Positions 1-14,319 of a stretch of 64,000 nt of DNA are shown piece after piece. The stretch's first letter is position 1; every line of letters starts with the position of its first letter. The translations under genes and the position numbers were made by a program. Source of the stretch: Octopus vulgaris (lineage: Eukaryota); the NCBI GenBank assembly GCA_951406725.2, contig OX597837.1, forward strand, positions 40,424,001 to 40,488,000, written 5' to 3'. The notes beneath the pieces are model-generated. The model made no database searches. It saw nothing but the letters and a program-made list of their open reading frames with translations, and was not told the DNA's origin.

Positions 1-50
1 TGATGATGATGGTGATAATGATGATGATGATGATGATGATATGATATTGT

Positions 51-100
<50 letters not shown>

Positions 101-145
101 TTGATGTTGTTGATGATGATGATGTTGATGATGATGATGGTGATA

Positions 146-181
<36 letters not shown>

Positions 182-259
182 TTGATGTTGTTGATGATGA
201 TGATGTTGATGATGATGATGGTGATAATGATGATGATGATGATGATGATATGATATTGT

Positions 260-321
<62 letters not shown>

Positions 322-399
322 GTGATGTTGTTGATGATGATGATGTTGATGATGATGATGGTGATAATGATGATGATGATGATGATGATATGATATTGT

Positions 400-442
<43 letters not shown>

Positions 443-830
443 AATTATGATGATATTGATGATGGGTGGTGGTGATGATGATGATGATGATGATGAAGAT
501 GATGATGATGATGACGATGATGATGATAATGATGATCACCATGACGATGCTGTTGCTGCTGATGATGACGATGATAATGGTGAGGCGGATGAGGAGAGGG
601 AGAAGGAAGAGGAGATAAAAGAAGGAGGGGGAAGAGAAAAAGAGGAGGAGAAAGAAGCGGAGGAGGACAAACGAGAGGAGGAGAAAGAAAGGAAGGAGGA
701 GGAGGGGAAGTATAGGACAATAATGTCGATGACGACGTCAATGACGACGATGATGATGATGATGATAATGATGAGGAGGAGGATGAAGATGATAACGATG
801 CTGCTGCTGCTGATGATGATGTTCTTGATT
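1..830. repeat. (GAT)n microsatellite with internal higher-order duplications, followed by GAG-rich low-complexity sequence
   Basis: Direct reading; the variant word gatatgatattgtt recurs at ~37, ~247, ~387. Confidence 0.95.
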
Positions 831-907
831 GGTGTTTTGAACAGTATTTATTTAACAGTATTTATTGGACGATGGTGTTATTGAGGATCGTAATTCAGCT
901 CCTGCTG

Positions 908-963
<56 letters not shown>

Positions 964-2022
964 GCTACGGCCAGTCATATTGCAATTTGAGAAACTTTTC
1001 ATTTTGCTTAAACTGTAACATTTAATATTACTTTCCAACCCCCACACAAAACCATATTAATACACATGCACATACACAAATATATATATACACACACACA
1101 TATACACTCACATACGAAATATATGTGTTTGTATGTATGTGAGTGTACGGGTGTGCATGTGTGTGTGTGTGTGTGTGTGTATGTGTGTGTGTTACAACCT
1201 TGAGCAAAACTGCATTGGAATATATCCCCTCGTTGAATATGTACTGTAACTGAATCAACTAAATGCATATAAACGATAGATCAAAGAACATTATGACAAT
1301 TTATGCAGCAGAAACACGTGTCGGATTTGAAATTAACGAGAATAATACTGTAATCAATAAATTTGGAAGTTTTATAATCCTCCATTCTTCCGTATGATGT
1401 TTAGATTATATATATATATATATATACATATATATACACCAATAAAGATAACACAAAATGAGTAATACATTCATTAAAAACAGAGTAGGATTAACCATTA
1501 ATTTACCTAGATCCATTATAAATAATCTCAATAATCTCAATATTCATAAAAGCATCGATGTTATAATTAAAGAAACTAAATTGGAGAGCCATGCAATATG
1601 ACCATCAGATTCTTCTATATGTGAATTCATTATTTGATGTTTATTACATATAAAAATATACTTCAAATATATCTAGATTTGATTTAATATAAGCATATCG
1701 GGAGGTTATAGCGTTAAATGTTATTATTTTGGATATGTCAAAATGGCGGTTAGATTCTGCTTTTGATCGCTTTCTTTTTAATTGCGATTTTCGAACGTCA
1801 GAGGATTTGTCATCTTACAGTGACTATCTACAAGTTAACATACGATATTATACTTAAGGCTGGTGTAAATCTGTCAAATCTTAATTTTTCAAGATAATGA
1901 ATAGCAATTGCAGCGTAGAAGACTTCTATTAGCCGTTCAAAAATACACAAGCATCTTCACTTAAATATCTATTTGATATCAGGTATATAAATGAATAAAT
2001 AGATATGTATGGGTATGTAAAC

Positions 2023-2103
<81 letters not shown>

Positions 2104-2344
2104 TATAGTAAATCGATATACATATACATCATTTTCTGTTAAAATGTCTTATTGACGAGTTCCATTTCTTCACTTCCCTGGAGAGAAGATTACATTGCTT
2201 TACACCGTTTATTCCTTTGGAATAATATCAGTGAAATCTTCGAAACATGTGTCGGAAGTAAAAGTATTTGAATTATACCTGCGTTAAACTCCAGTTATGT
2301 ATATATATGAACTTAGGGAATGGGGTAGATAAAATCCAGGTTAC

Positions 2345-2402
<58 letters not shown>

Positions 2403-2499
2403 GCAATGTATTAATATGACGCTCGGAGAAAGAAGAGACTTGTTGTTGTATGTTTCGAGCATAGCACTTCATCGGAATCTGGTAAAACATGAAAGGCCA

Positions 2500-2715
2500 A
2501 CGGGAAAGAAGGAAGAAGCAGTAAAAATCGCCGGTCGAAATGCTTTGCGGTATGTCGTCTGCCGCTACGTTGTGAGTTCAAATTCCGGTGAGGTCGTCTT
2601 TGCCTTTCTTCGTCTCGGCGTCGATAAATGAAATACCAGTTGAGTCTCTAGACTCGGCGTAATCGACTTGCCTCTTCCCCAAAGATTTCAGGCCTTGCGC
2701 CTATAGTAGAAACGG

Positions 2716-2718
<3 letters not shown>
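2500..2718 (+). mobile_element. Degenerate SINE family A copy
   Basis: gagttcaaattcc B-box-like motif, gtcgtctttgcctttcttcgtctcggcgtcgataaa body, ggccttgcgcctatagtagaaa tail. Confidence 0.8.
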
Positions 2719-2773
<55 letters not shown>

Positions 2774-2855
2774 TTATATAGACGAGGTGGATTTCCACCT
2801 CGGCATCCAAAACTCGGATTTTTATCATGGCTACCGAATAATTGTCACATATTAC

Positions 2856-2896
<41 letters not shown>

Positions 2897-3658
2897 TAAT
2901 TTATACATTAAATTAATAATCTTATGTATATGTATAAATTACCTATAAATTGTCATTGCATGCTAACTGCCTGATAACAATTATTAACGTCATTTTATTC
3001 TTATATTCTATTTTATATATATATATATATATATATGCGTGTGTGTGTGTGTATAAATTGATTCGTCAAAAAAATCAATGCAAATGTTGAATGTTCTTTC
3101 ATACTTTAAAACTCGAAGCCACTCGTCTCCGTTCATCAGCTGGTAAACGTAGCCTGGCTTTCTTTCGAATACGCACTGTTTCGATATTTTACAAAATATG
3201 AACTGAAAGATTGAAAGAAAAGATTGATCCTTATGTTCTTTGGTTTAAAAACATTTGTGAACGATTCGTGCGAAAACAGCTGCTTCGGGCATTCGCTTTT
3301 GATTTCATTTCTGGTTCCCGTGGTAATATTATTATAATCATCATAAACTCCATACAACTGAAGTCATGAAATTACAATGCTGCTTGAGCAGCGTTCCAAA
3401 ATAATACTTTTAAGTAATGCTTTTAATTAATACTTTTAATTAATGTTTTAATTAAAAAGTTGTTTATGTCACATACGCCTGTGCAGATGTATATATATAT
3501 ATATATATATACACATATGTACTTTCATAGACATACATACATATGCGAAGAATCATATATTAATTTGCACACATATGTGTACGTATACACATATACCTAT
3601 ATACATATACTGAGTTACTGCACGTACACACGCATGTTAAAGTATATCTATCTATCTA

Positions 3659-3704
<46 letters not shown>

Positions 3705-3846
3705 TAGGCTTGTGTGTGTGCATACACATACATACATATAAATATATACATATTTACATATGTATGTATATATATATATATATATATATATGGATGTATG
3801 TATGTATGTATATCTATGTATATATCTATATCTATATCTATATCTA

Positions 3847-3924
<78 letters not shown>

Positions 3925-3931
<7 letters not shown>

Positions 3932-4140
3932 GTTTATCCAAACATGAAAACACAAAGAGAAAACTCAATAACGCGAGGACGTGGAACAAGTATAGTGTCA
4001 CTGGACGCTCAGGAAAGAAGGGAAGAAGGAGGGTTTAACGTTTCGAGCGGAGCTCTTCGTGAGAAACATACGAAAAGGAAAGATCCAAAGAAGGGAAGAC
4101 CGAGGAAACAATCGCCAACAACACAAACGCGGTCACATTA
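3925..4140 (-). mobile_element. Short Penelope-like terminal-repeat element with degenerate minimal hammerhead motif (4033-4067)
   Basis: Minus strand GTTT-CTCACGA-A-GAGC tcc GCTC-GAAA-CG-TT-AAAC; homologous to 6280-6482; flanked by (TA)n. Confidence 0.7.
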
Positions 4141-4171
4141 TGCATGTACGTATGTATATATATATACATAC

Positions 4172-4283
<112 letters not shown>

Positions 4284-4424
4284 TATTTATATCATTATTT
4301 AATTGAACGCCACGCATCCACTTCCAAGTAAGTTTATCCTAACCTTTCTGATGCGATTCTATACTGTTTTCTCACCCATCTTTCACTAATTCCCTTTTTT
4401 TCACCTTCACCGTTTTCTCTCTCA

Positions 4425-4470
<46 letters not shown>

Positions 4471-5048
4471 GTCCCCCTCTAACTCGTTTTGTCTTCCCAT
4501 TGCTCGCACGTGACCATCTTCCATTTTTCTTTTCCACACGTGAAGATCTTTCTTTTACTGCACGACATTCTAAGGACTCTCTTTTAACTTTTCTCTTTTC
4601 AAAGAAACTATTTCAAAGGCAATATTTCTCCCTCTCGTTCTGGTCTAACGACCTTCTTTGTTTGTTTCCTTTCGGTTGCCTTGTATATCCCCACTGTCCT
4701 GCTTTTGTTCCCAAATTTGACCCTCCAGAAATCCCAAATTTTATTTTGGACTTTATGGAAGCAACTGTCTTGGAGGACTCATATTGTTGGTGAATGCACG
4801 AAATGACGAGTAGATAGACAACCGACAACTGATGAAGGGTCGTTCTTTATGTTACTTGTCCTGTTTTGCATTTTCTTTTCTCTCGTTCTTTTTTTGTATT
4901 TAACTCGTTTGTTTTCGTATTTCATGTTCTTTACACAGTTGGTGACGTACTGTATTCATATATGCATATACATACATACACACATATATATATATATATA
5001 TATACAAAAACATATGTATTATTTATATTATATATACATATATTTATA

Positions 5049-5098
<50 letters not shown>

Positions 5099-5144
5099 TT
5101 TATATATATATGCATATACACACATCTCTCTTTCTATATATATG

Positions 5145-5213
<69 letters not shown>

Positions 5214-5767
5214 TTATATATATATATATATATATTTTAATAACTATACATACGTCCGTATGTATGTACGTATGTATGAATGTAACTTTGTATTCATGCG
5301 TAGCCATTAGCATAAAGAGATCGGCTGTATGTCTTGGTCATTCCAGACTCATAGGCTACCGGATTAGCCGAAAGAAATTACACGCACACACACGCACGCG
5401 CGTGCGCACAGACGTACTATACACATACATACACACATATATATGTTTATTTTCATACATACATACACACTCACTTTCATCCACTACGTATGTGTTTGTG
5501 TAAGCGTGAGTTTATGACGTAGATATATACGTGTTTCTGTATGTATGTATGTATGTATGTATGTGTGTGTGTATGTATGTATGTATGTATGTATGTATGT
5601 TTGTATGCATGCATGTATGTATGCATGCATGTATGTATGCATGCATGTATGTATGTATGTATATATGTATGACTTGTTTGTTTGCTCGGGTCTAAATTAC
5701 AGAAACATTACTGGAATCTTTGTGTTTTTATTTTCGTATGCGTGTATTAAAGTGTATGTGCGAGCGG

Positions 5768-5805
<38 letters not shown>

Positions 5806-5834
5806 TGGAGGGTATGTACGTATGTATGTATGTA

Positions 5835-6232
5835 GCGGCGAGCTGGCAGAACCGTTAGCACACGGGCAAAATGCTGAGCAGTATTTCGTCAGCCGCTACG
5901 TTCTGAGTTCAAATTCCGCCGAGGTCGACTTTACCTTTCATCCTTTCGGGGTCGATTAAATAAGTACCAGTTACGCACTGGGGTCGATATAATCGACTTA
6001 ATCCGTTTGTCTGTCCTTGTTTGTCCTTTCTGTGTTTAGCCCCTTGTGGGTAGTAAAGAAATAGGTATTTCATCTGCCGCTATGTTCTGAGATCAAATTC
6101 CGCCGAGGTCGACTTTTCCTTTCATCCTTCCGGAGTCCACAAATTAAGTACCAGTTGCGTACTGGGATCGATCTAATCGACTCCTCCCTCCCTAAAAATG
6201 TCGTGCCTTGTGCCTAGAGTGGAAAAGAATAT
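5835..6232 (+). mobile_element. SINE family A, dimeric (head + 185-bp unit + second body with alternative tail)
   Basis: gcggcgagctggcagaaccgttagca head (A box), gagttcaaattcc (B box), body repeated at 6064. Confidence 0.9.
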
Positions 6233-6279
6233 ATATATATATATATATTTGTGTGTTCTTTCAACATGTGATCTCTTGA

Positions 6280-6482
6280 GCACCACCAGCAAAAATATTT
6301 TTTCCTCTGTCTTCCCTTCTTGGGATCTTTCCTTCTCCTTGTTTCCGACGAAGAGCTCCGCTCGAAACGTTAAACCCCCCTTCCCTTCTTTCCTGAGCGT
6401 CAATAATACTTTAATTGTTCCACGTCCTCGCGTTGCTGTGTTTTTTTTCTCTTTTTTTCTGTTTTCTTGTTTGGATTAACTT
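6280..6482 (+). mobile_element. Short Penelope-like element with minimal hammerhead motif (6341-6375)
   Basis: GTTT-CCGACGA-A-GAGC tcc GCTC-GAAA-CG-TT-AAAC; (TA)n on both sides. Confidence 0.7.
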
Positions 6483-6615
<133 letters not shown>

Positions 6616-7476
6616 AATAGATATAGATATACATATATGCATATACTTGTATATATTCATCTAAATTATATGCGTGTATGTATAATTCGTTGCTTGATCG
6701 ATGGCGTCTGCTGGATACGCGTAGGCACGCCGATGTGGCTGGTATATTTGTTAAACTCTGGCATCGGTTAAGAGAACACTTTACTATCTAAATTTTGTAG
6801 CGCTAAACATTTAACTTAATAAACAAAGCTCTCGAATTTATTCATATTTAGCTTCACTGATCACAAGAGTCTCCTTCTGTATGGCTTCAGGATATTATAA
6901 TCACAAAATTAATACACACACACACACACACATACAAATGTTAAAAGAGAGAGAGAGATTGACAGAATAATAGAAACGGAAGCAAATACTGCTATATAGC
7001 ATTCAATGAAATAGACTTTAATAGCCTTTTCACTAGATTTTATGAGTCGGCTTCAAGAATAGACATCAGGGAAAACAGCAGACTATAACAGAATTCCAAA
7101 GCTATTTAACATATGGTATTTGTTTAGGTAAACTGACCATAACTTATTAAAGATAGTCACTTTATTTCCATGAAATATTGTATTGGAAACAGTCGCTCAA
7201 TTGTTCCTCGTATTTTCGATTATGCGTTAATATCGGTTCATACCTGTCCGCGCTGAACAATGCCAGGACGTTCCCGCTTTATTTTGAAAGCTTAATGTTA
7301 AGAGTTAGCACCTGCTTACAAGTGCTGTCTACCTGTGTAAAGATGTTATGTGTTCGTGTTTGATATGTAATCTTTGTGTCGCTTCATTTAAGCTACAAAC
7401 TATTTCGATTTTAAAGAAATTATTTGAGAAAGAATTTGAGGAATCAATATCGATACGTATGCTTCGGTATCGATCT

Positions 7477-7530
7477 AGCAAAAACTGTCCGATGAACGGC
7501 AACGGGAAACTCAGAGTAACAGGTTTTGTT
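7477..7530 (+). ncRNA. Type I hammerhead-like motif, CCGAUGA core, in a Penelope-like repeat (7440-7625)
   Basis: agcaaaaactgt-CCGATGA-ACG gcaa CGG-GAAA-CTC a GAG-TA-acaggttttgtt; 12-bp stem I with one mismatch; AATAAA downstream. Confidence 0.7.
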
Positions 7531-7663
7531 GAATTTTCTGCTGCTTTAAATAAAGCATATTACTCTACCACTGGTATTTGAGTACTCTTTTTTTCACCTT
7601 GCTTCACATTTATGTATTTACTCCGGTGTATATTTAATATATATATATGTGTGTGTGTGTGTA

Positions 7664-7718
<55 letters not shown>

Positions 7719-7740
7719 TATATATGTGTGTATAAATATA

Positions 7741-7788
<48 letters not shown>

Positions 7789-8650
7789 TGTTTGTGTGTA
7801 TGTGTGTGTGAACATGTGTGTATATATGTATGTAGATAGATTGATAGATACAAAGATACGTAGATATAGATATAGGCTGCGATGTTTATCAGTGGTGTAT
7901 AAAGTTAATGAAACATATTTAAAATAACATATATGTTATATTTCGATTTCATTTTATATTATCATGTCAAAATATGTTGTTAATTATATGTTGATGGTTT
8001 TAATCGAATTTACTTTGCTTATTTGAAAACAGTCGTTATATATATATATATATATATAAATACATACATTCGTACATACATTCATATATACAACGCCAAG
8101 CTGAACTAAAAAGTGAAAACGAGAAGCTTCTAATATCGCAAATTTTAAAGTGAAATCAATAAAAATACTAATTTGTGATATGGGAAAAATATATAAAAAA
8201 AAGCTATGAAAATGTAATTAAAATGCTATATTTTCAATTTTGCAAAATATTTTCTTTGTGCTTACATATAATTTACCTAATTTTTTTTTTCGCATAACTT
8301 AATATAATTTAACTAAGGTAATGTAATTTGCTAATTTTGTTTCATTTCTCTGTTTCTGAACACACACTACATGTGTAATAGTTTAAAGAACAGACGGGCC
8401 TACCACCGCACCCAACACGTCTGTCTGTCTATCTGTCCATCTATCTAATTATCTATCTGTCTGTTTGGCTGTCTGTCTGCCTGCCTCTCTCTTCATATAT
8501 ATGTGTGTGTGTGCGCATAAGTGCGTATATTTATATATGTCTATATTTATATGTAGGTATGTGTGTTTATATATTATGCACATATATATATATATATATA
8601 TACATACATACGTATATATACATGAATATACATATTTATATGTATATGTG

Positions 8651-8719
<69 letters not shown>

Positions 8720-9171
8720 AGATGTCTCTGTATGTATGTGTTTGCGCGTATATCTATTCATCAGTGTAGAAACATACACACATATATGTATACACATACC
8801 AACACACCTATATCCCATTATACACACACACACACACACAGTGACATATATATAAGTGTGTTGATGGGAGTGTTAAAAATTCTTGTCAAGATGAAGATTT
8901 CGACGGGCGCAGTAAAAAAACAAAAGAAGGTGTAATTATGTTGTCTGACGTTAATTGATTGATTTTAATTAAAGTGGACATGTTTTTCACTTTTAATACT
9001 TAGCTCTCCATCACAAACGCAGGTGTTTAGAAGGTCGAATCACTGTAAGGGAAAGAAAGAATTCGTTTGACTGGCGAGTAATTTCTTGTTGGTCTGCTAA
9101 TATCATATGAGCTTCGAATGACCGGTAGTGACGCGAAAGGTACGAAGTTTAATCCGTTCATGAACAACATA

Positions 9172-9357
9172 GGCGCAGGAGTGGCTGTGTGGTAAGTAGC
9201 TTGCTTACCAAACCACATGGTTCCGGGTTCAGTCCCACTGCGTGGCATCTTGGGCATGTGTCTTCTGCTACAGCCCCGGGCCGACCAATGAATTGTGAAT
9301 GGATTTGGTAGACGGAAACTGAAAGAAGCCCGTCGTATATATATATATATATATATG

Positions 9358-9423
<66 letters not shown>

Positions 9424-9640
9424 GGTGTGTGTATGTGTTTGTGTGTCTGTATTTGTCTCCCTAGCATTGCTTGACAACTGATGGTGGTGTGTTTACGTCA
9501 CCGTCACTAAGCGGTTCGGCAAAAGAGACCGATAGAATAAGTACTGGGCTTACAAAGAATAAGTCCCGGGGTTGATTTGCTCGGCTAAAGGCGGTGCTCC
9601 AGCATGGCCTCAATCAAATGACTGAAACAAGTAAAAGAGT
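9172..9640 (+). mobile_element. SINE family B, full length, with internal (TA)n/(TG)n
   Basis: ggcgcaggagtggctgtgtggtaag head, ggttcagtccc B box, CORE-like cttgggca, tail ggcggtgctccagcatggcc...gactgaaacaagtaaaaga. Confidence 0.92.
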
Positions 9641-9687
9641 AAAGTGTGAAAATTTAGGTAACTGTTTTTTAAATTGTTTTTTTACTA

Positions 9688-9865
9688 TTTTACTTGTTTC
9701 AGTCATTTGTCTGCAGCCATGCTGGAGCATTACCTTGAAGGGTAAACAGGTCGAACAAATCGGACCCAGAACTTATTTTCTAAGCCTACTGCTTATTCTA
9801 TCGGTCAGTTTGGCCCGGACCGCTAAGTTACGGGGACGTAAACACACCACATAGGTTGTCAAGCA
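9688..9865 (-). mobile_element. SINE family B 3' half, tail-to-tail with the previous copy
   Basis: tttacttgtttcagtcattt...gccatgctggagca is the reverse complement of the family B tail. Confidence 0.85.
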
Positions 9866-10361
9866 ATAGTGTGTGTGTGCGTGCGTGTATGTATAAACAA
9901 AAACACGCACCCCGACCACACACACATATATTATAATACTATCCATGTATAAGAAACTCCCATATTTTCTAAACCCAATTTTTGACAAAAAAGGATTCCT
10001 TGTACACATTAAAATACGGTATATTTTCGAATTAGAGAATTTTGTTAAAGAATTACATTTACCATTAGAGAATTACATTGAGATTCTGCCTAAATTTCTG
10101 ATAGGAATATTTTTTCCTATCAGAGAGGAATTTTCGTCGCCACGAATATAGCGCAATTATTTTCCAGTCGTGATGGGTCAGCTACAGAATGTTATATCAA
10201 TTAACTTGTCGTATAACCAAAATAGAATGTTTGTCTCTCTATACAATTATAGCTGTTAGTATTTATAATAAAAAAAATACAAACACACACAGAAACCACT
10301 GTGGAGTAATATAACCTTCTGTTAATTGTTCGCTGGGGTTGTCAGTTATTTCTTTACGCAG

Positions 10362-10421
10362 CTCAAGAAACCAGCACAACAACAGCATCTGTAAACGAAC
10401 AAACCCTCCCCCAGCGGCGTT
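10362..10421 (+). other. Candidate 60-nt exon
   Basis: ttatttctttacgcag acceptor, GTAAGT donor at 10422, length divisible by 3, two open frames; no recognisable homology. Confidence 0.35.
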
Positions 10422-10467
10422 GTAAGTTTCTACTTCAGCTGCGTTTATATAACGATAAAACGATAAG

Positions 10468-10650
10468 CGTCGCCCGTTTCAAGCCTAGCTAGGCTTATGG
10501 GCCCGGTTTCCCGGTTTCTCTGGCGTATGTGTCCCCTGCACCCAGCTGGACGAGACGCCAGTCCATCACAGCGTTACTCAAGAAACAGTGAGAGAAAGTT
10601 GTGGCGAAAGAGAACAACAGGGGTCGCCAGCACCCACCGCCGGAGCCTCA
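10468..10650 (-). mobile_element. SINE family C 3' part with V-domain-like tail
   Basis: Homologous to 63083-63240; minus strand gatggactggcgtctcgtccag and gaaaccggg. Confidence 0.75.
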
Positions 10651-11782
10651 AATATTCTTTTCTACTCTAGGCACAAGGCCCGAAAATGTTTGGAAAGGAT
10701 GAAAGGCAAAGTCGACCTCGGCGGAATTTGAACTCAGAACGTAACGGCAGACAAAATACAGAATTCTTTGCTATCAACAAGGGGCTAAACACAGAGAGGA
10801 CGAACAAGGACAGACAAACGGATTAAGTCGATTATATCGATCCCAGTGCGTAACTGGTACTTATTTAATCGACCCCGAAAGGATGAAAGGCAAAGTCGAC
10901 CTCGGCGGAATTTGAACTCGGAACGTAACGGCAGACGAAATACCTATTTCTTTACTACCCACAAGGGGCTAAACACAGAGGCGCACAAACAAGCTCACAC
11001 AAACGGATTAAGTCGATTATATCGACCCCAGTGTGTAACTGGTACTTATTTAATCGACCTCGAAAGGATGAAAGGCAAAGTCGACCTCGGCGAAATTTGA
11101 ACTCAGAACGTAACGGCAGACGAAATACCTATTTCTTTACTACCCACAAGGGGCTAAACACAGATGGGACAAACAAGCTCAGACAAACGGATTAAGTTGA
11201 TTATATCGACACCAGTGCGTAACTTGTACTTAATTTATCGACCCCCGAAAGGATGAAAGGCAAAGTCGACCACGGCAGAATTTCAACTAACTGGTACTTA
11301 TTTAATCGATCCCGAAAGGATGAAAGGCAAAGTCGACCTCGGCAGAATTTGAACTCAGAACGTAACGGCAGACGAAATACCTATTTCTTTACTACCCACA
11401 AGGGGCTAAACACAGAGGCGCACAAACAAGCTCACACAAACGGATTAAGTCGATTACATCGACCCCAGTGCAAAACTAGTACTTAATTTATCGACCCCGA
11501 AAAGATGAAAGGCAAAGTCGACCTCGGCGAAATTTGAACTCAGAACGTAACGGCAGACGAAATACCTATTTCTTTACTACCCACAAGGGGCTAAACACAG
11601 ATGGGACAAACAAGCTCAGACAAACGGATTAAGTTGATTATATCGACACCAGTGCGTAACTTGTACTTAATTTATCGACCCCCGAAAGGATGAAAGGCAA
11701 AGTCGACCACGGCAGAATTTCAACTCAGAACGTAACGGCAGACGAAATACGTCTACGCATTTCGCCAGGCGTGCACGCCGCC
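10651..11782 (-). mobile_element. SINE family A multimer (185-bp units) containing a 437-bp higher-order duplication
   Basis: Unit ends (gacgaaatac) at 10943, 11128, 11380, 11565, 11750; head at 11782; tail at 10651-10695. Confidence 0.92.
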
Positions 11783-12217
11783 TTTTATCGTTTGCTTAAT
11801 ATAATGAAACAACTTTGAATGTTATACTTACAGCAAGCTTAAATATAGAACAAAAACCGGAGAAACAATCAAGATATTTATCAGAATGAGACATAGCCAG
11901 GAAAATCTATAAACGAACGCATCAAAATAGAAACACGATCATTTACCAAAACGTGGACTTTCCACGGGTGACTCCCGCTGCTTAAAATGATTTTATATGA
12001 GATATATCTTATCACAATTATTCTGCTAGTAATTAATTGAGCCAATCATCGATAGAACTATTTGCGTGCCGAAGCAAATTAGTTTCTCTTTTAGAACTAA
12101 TCAATCAAATTATCTGTATTTGGTGCCTTACGATGCCAAGATCGAATCCTGGCACATAAGGAGGGAAATAATTATATCTTGTAGAGAAAATTACCTATTT
12201 ACATTCTATACATGAAA

Positions 12218-12342
12218 GCGCTTGGTCTAGTGTGTAGCGTGCTGTACTCGCGATCGCAAGATGGTGTGTTCGATCATCAGTCCTGTCGTTGCTTTGTGTT
12301 CTTGAGCAAGACACTTCATTTCACATTATTCCAGTGTACTTC
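12218..12342 (+). mobile_element. Degenerate tRNA-headed CORE-type SINE 5' part
   Basis: tggtctagtgtgtag A-box-like, gttcgatc B-box-like, gtgttcttgagcaagacactt CORE-like. Confidence 0.65.
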
Positions 12343-12378
12343 GCTATCATTGAATAAACCTCCGACGATCTAAATCAG

Positions 12379-12431
<53 letters not shown>

Positions 12432-12552
12432 TAATTTTTGTTTCTGCTTTGCAAGATTCTTTGTGTGAATTCGTGTGTTGAAGCAAATGTTATTGTCTGG
12501 GGAGACTCGTTCCGCCCTAAAGCCTTAATATGAAGCACACTCGTATATATAT

Positions 12553-12759
12553 ACCAGAGTAAGCATATAAATATAAATAAATGTGAAACAAGGTGGAAAA
12601 AATAGTGCTCAAATACTAGAAGTAGAGTAATATGGTTTATCAATAAAGCTGCAAAACCATCACATGTTCCCGTACCTCGGATCGAAAACTGTCCGACGAA
12701 CGGGAACGTGAAACTCTGTGTAACGGTTTTTGTGGTGTCTTTGCAGCTTTATTAATAAA

Positions 12760-12760
<1 letters not shown>
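12553..12760. mobile_element. Penelope-like repeat in inverted arrangement (minus-strand tail 12553-12664 joined to plus-strand hammerhead segment)
   Basis: 12636-12664 is the reverse complement of 12731-12759; both match the tail at 7530-7625. Confidence 0.7.
12685..12730 (+). ncRNA. Type I hammerhead-like motif, CCGACGA core
   Basis: AAAACTGT-CCGACGA-ACG ggaa CGT-GAAA-CTC t GTG-TA-ACGGTTTT; 8-bp stem I; GNRA loop II. Confidence 0.72.
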
Positions 12761-12801
<41 letters not shown>

Positions 12802-13179
12802 TATGTATGTATGTATATGTATGTATGTATCTAAGTATACGAGCAAAACGTCCCCCCGTCCAATGGACACTGCTGAGTTGTCAAACATTTAAACCAAATT
12901 TTCTCAAAACAACTTGTCCGACCGTCACATAGGCCTTCCTTTTGAAAAACACAGATTCTAAATTTGAGACAACAGCAAAAGACGGATTTCGACTGATGTA
13001 CTTGCGCGTACAAATGCACGTTCCCGTGGCTTTATCGATCGCATTCTCACCTGGAATCGATTTTTGCAAATTTTTCAAGACTTATACACGCCCTGATACC
13101 GTTGGTATCTACATATCAAATTTGATTTGATTCTATATAATATAATATAATATGATATAGTATAGTATAATATAATATA

Positions 13180-13286
<107 letters not shown>

Positions 13287-14166
13287 TATACGGGGACAGT
13301 GAAAAACATCAATATCGGTTGTCAAACGATGGTGGGGGGACAAACAGACACATAGACAAATACACACACACACACACTCATATATATATATATATAACAG
13401 GCTTCCAGAAAGTTTCCGTCAACGGAATTCATTCACAAAAGAAGTCCCACTGAGGAACGGACTGAACTTGTATTCATATAGCTGCGAAGCGCTCTTTTTG
13501 AACCAAAATAAAATTCCAGATTTTCTTTTGTCTTTCTCCATACTCAGCTCCCTTGAAATTTAATAACAAACGTCTGACAGTCGTCTGTAATACAATTGTC
13601 ATACAACTCTCTTTAAATGAAAAGAAAAATACAAAATAACAACCTTTGACTATATAATATAATATAATATAGCTGCTATATAGCTCTCTTAGAGAAGAAA
13701 GCAAACTTTTGTCTGTATTGTATGAAATTTCTGCATTGAATTTCACCAAAAGTACTCTGTTCTACTTTAGACTTGCTCCCGCATAAAAAAAAATATACTA
13801 ATATATATATATATTTTTTTACTTCATTCTGCCATGTGCAATACAATATGTCTGTCCGTTATGTTTGTACAATATTTACTCTTAAACATTTCGTATTGAA
13901 GTTTGTTTATATGTTGCCCGTTTCAACTATTTATTTTATTGAATTAAATTATTGCGTTGCAAACATTCGCCATTTTGTTTCTGTAGTAATGTGTCGTTCT
14001 ATAGTTTTTTGGCTCACTTTTTGTTTTTCTGACAGTATTCATACAGGTTGCGATGCGACACGCGAGATTCCTTTACAGATAGGTTTATGCCGTCTGTCGT
14101 TATTCAGTTCCCGTCTCGAATCTGATGTAAATTTCTTTATACCTTCCCGCATCGTTGGTTATTTCC

Positions 14167-14315
14167 TTTACTCTTTTACTATTTTACACGTTTCGGTCAT
14201 TTGACTGCGGCAATGCTGGGATTTTAGTAATGGGATCTTAGTCGAAGAAATCGACCCCTGGGCTTATTCTTTGTAAGCCTAGAACTTATTCTGCCGGGCC
14301 TCTTTTGCTGACCGC
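14167..14315 (-). mobile_element. SINE family B 3' fragment
   Basis: gtttcggtcatttgactgcggcaatgctggg...cttattctttgtaagcctag. Confidence 0.8.
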
Positions 14316-14319
14316 TATG

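Noticed and set aside
4824-4860. GACAA-CTGATGA-AGGG...TTGTC hammerhead-like start
   Set aside because: Flanking helix is present but there is no GAAA core half
10846-11486. Recurrent peptide RPRKDERQSRPRRNLNSERNGRRN (also at 15116, 29151, 40322, 42811)
   Set aside because: Antisense translation of SINE family A; frames are not preserved between copies
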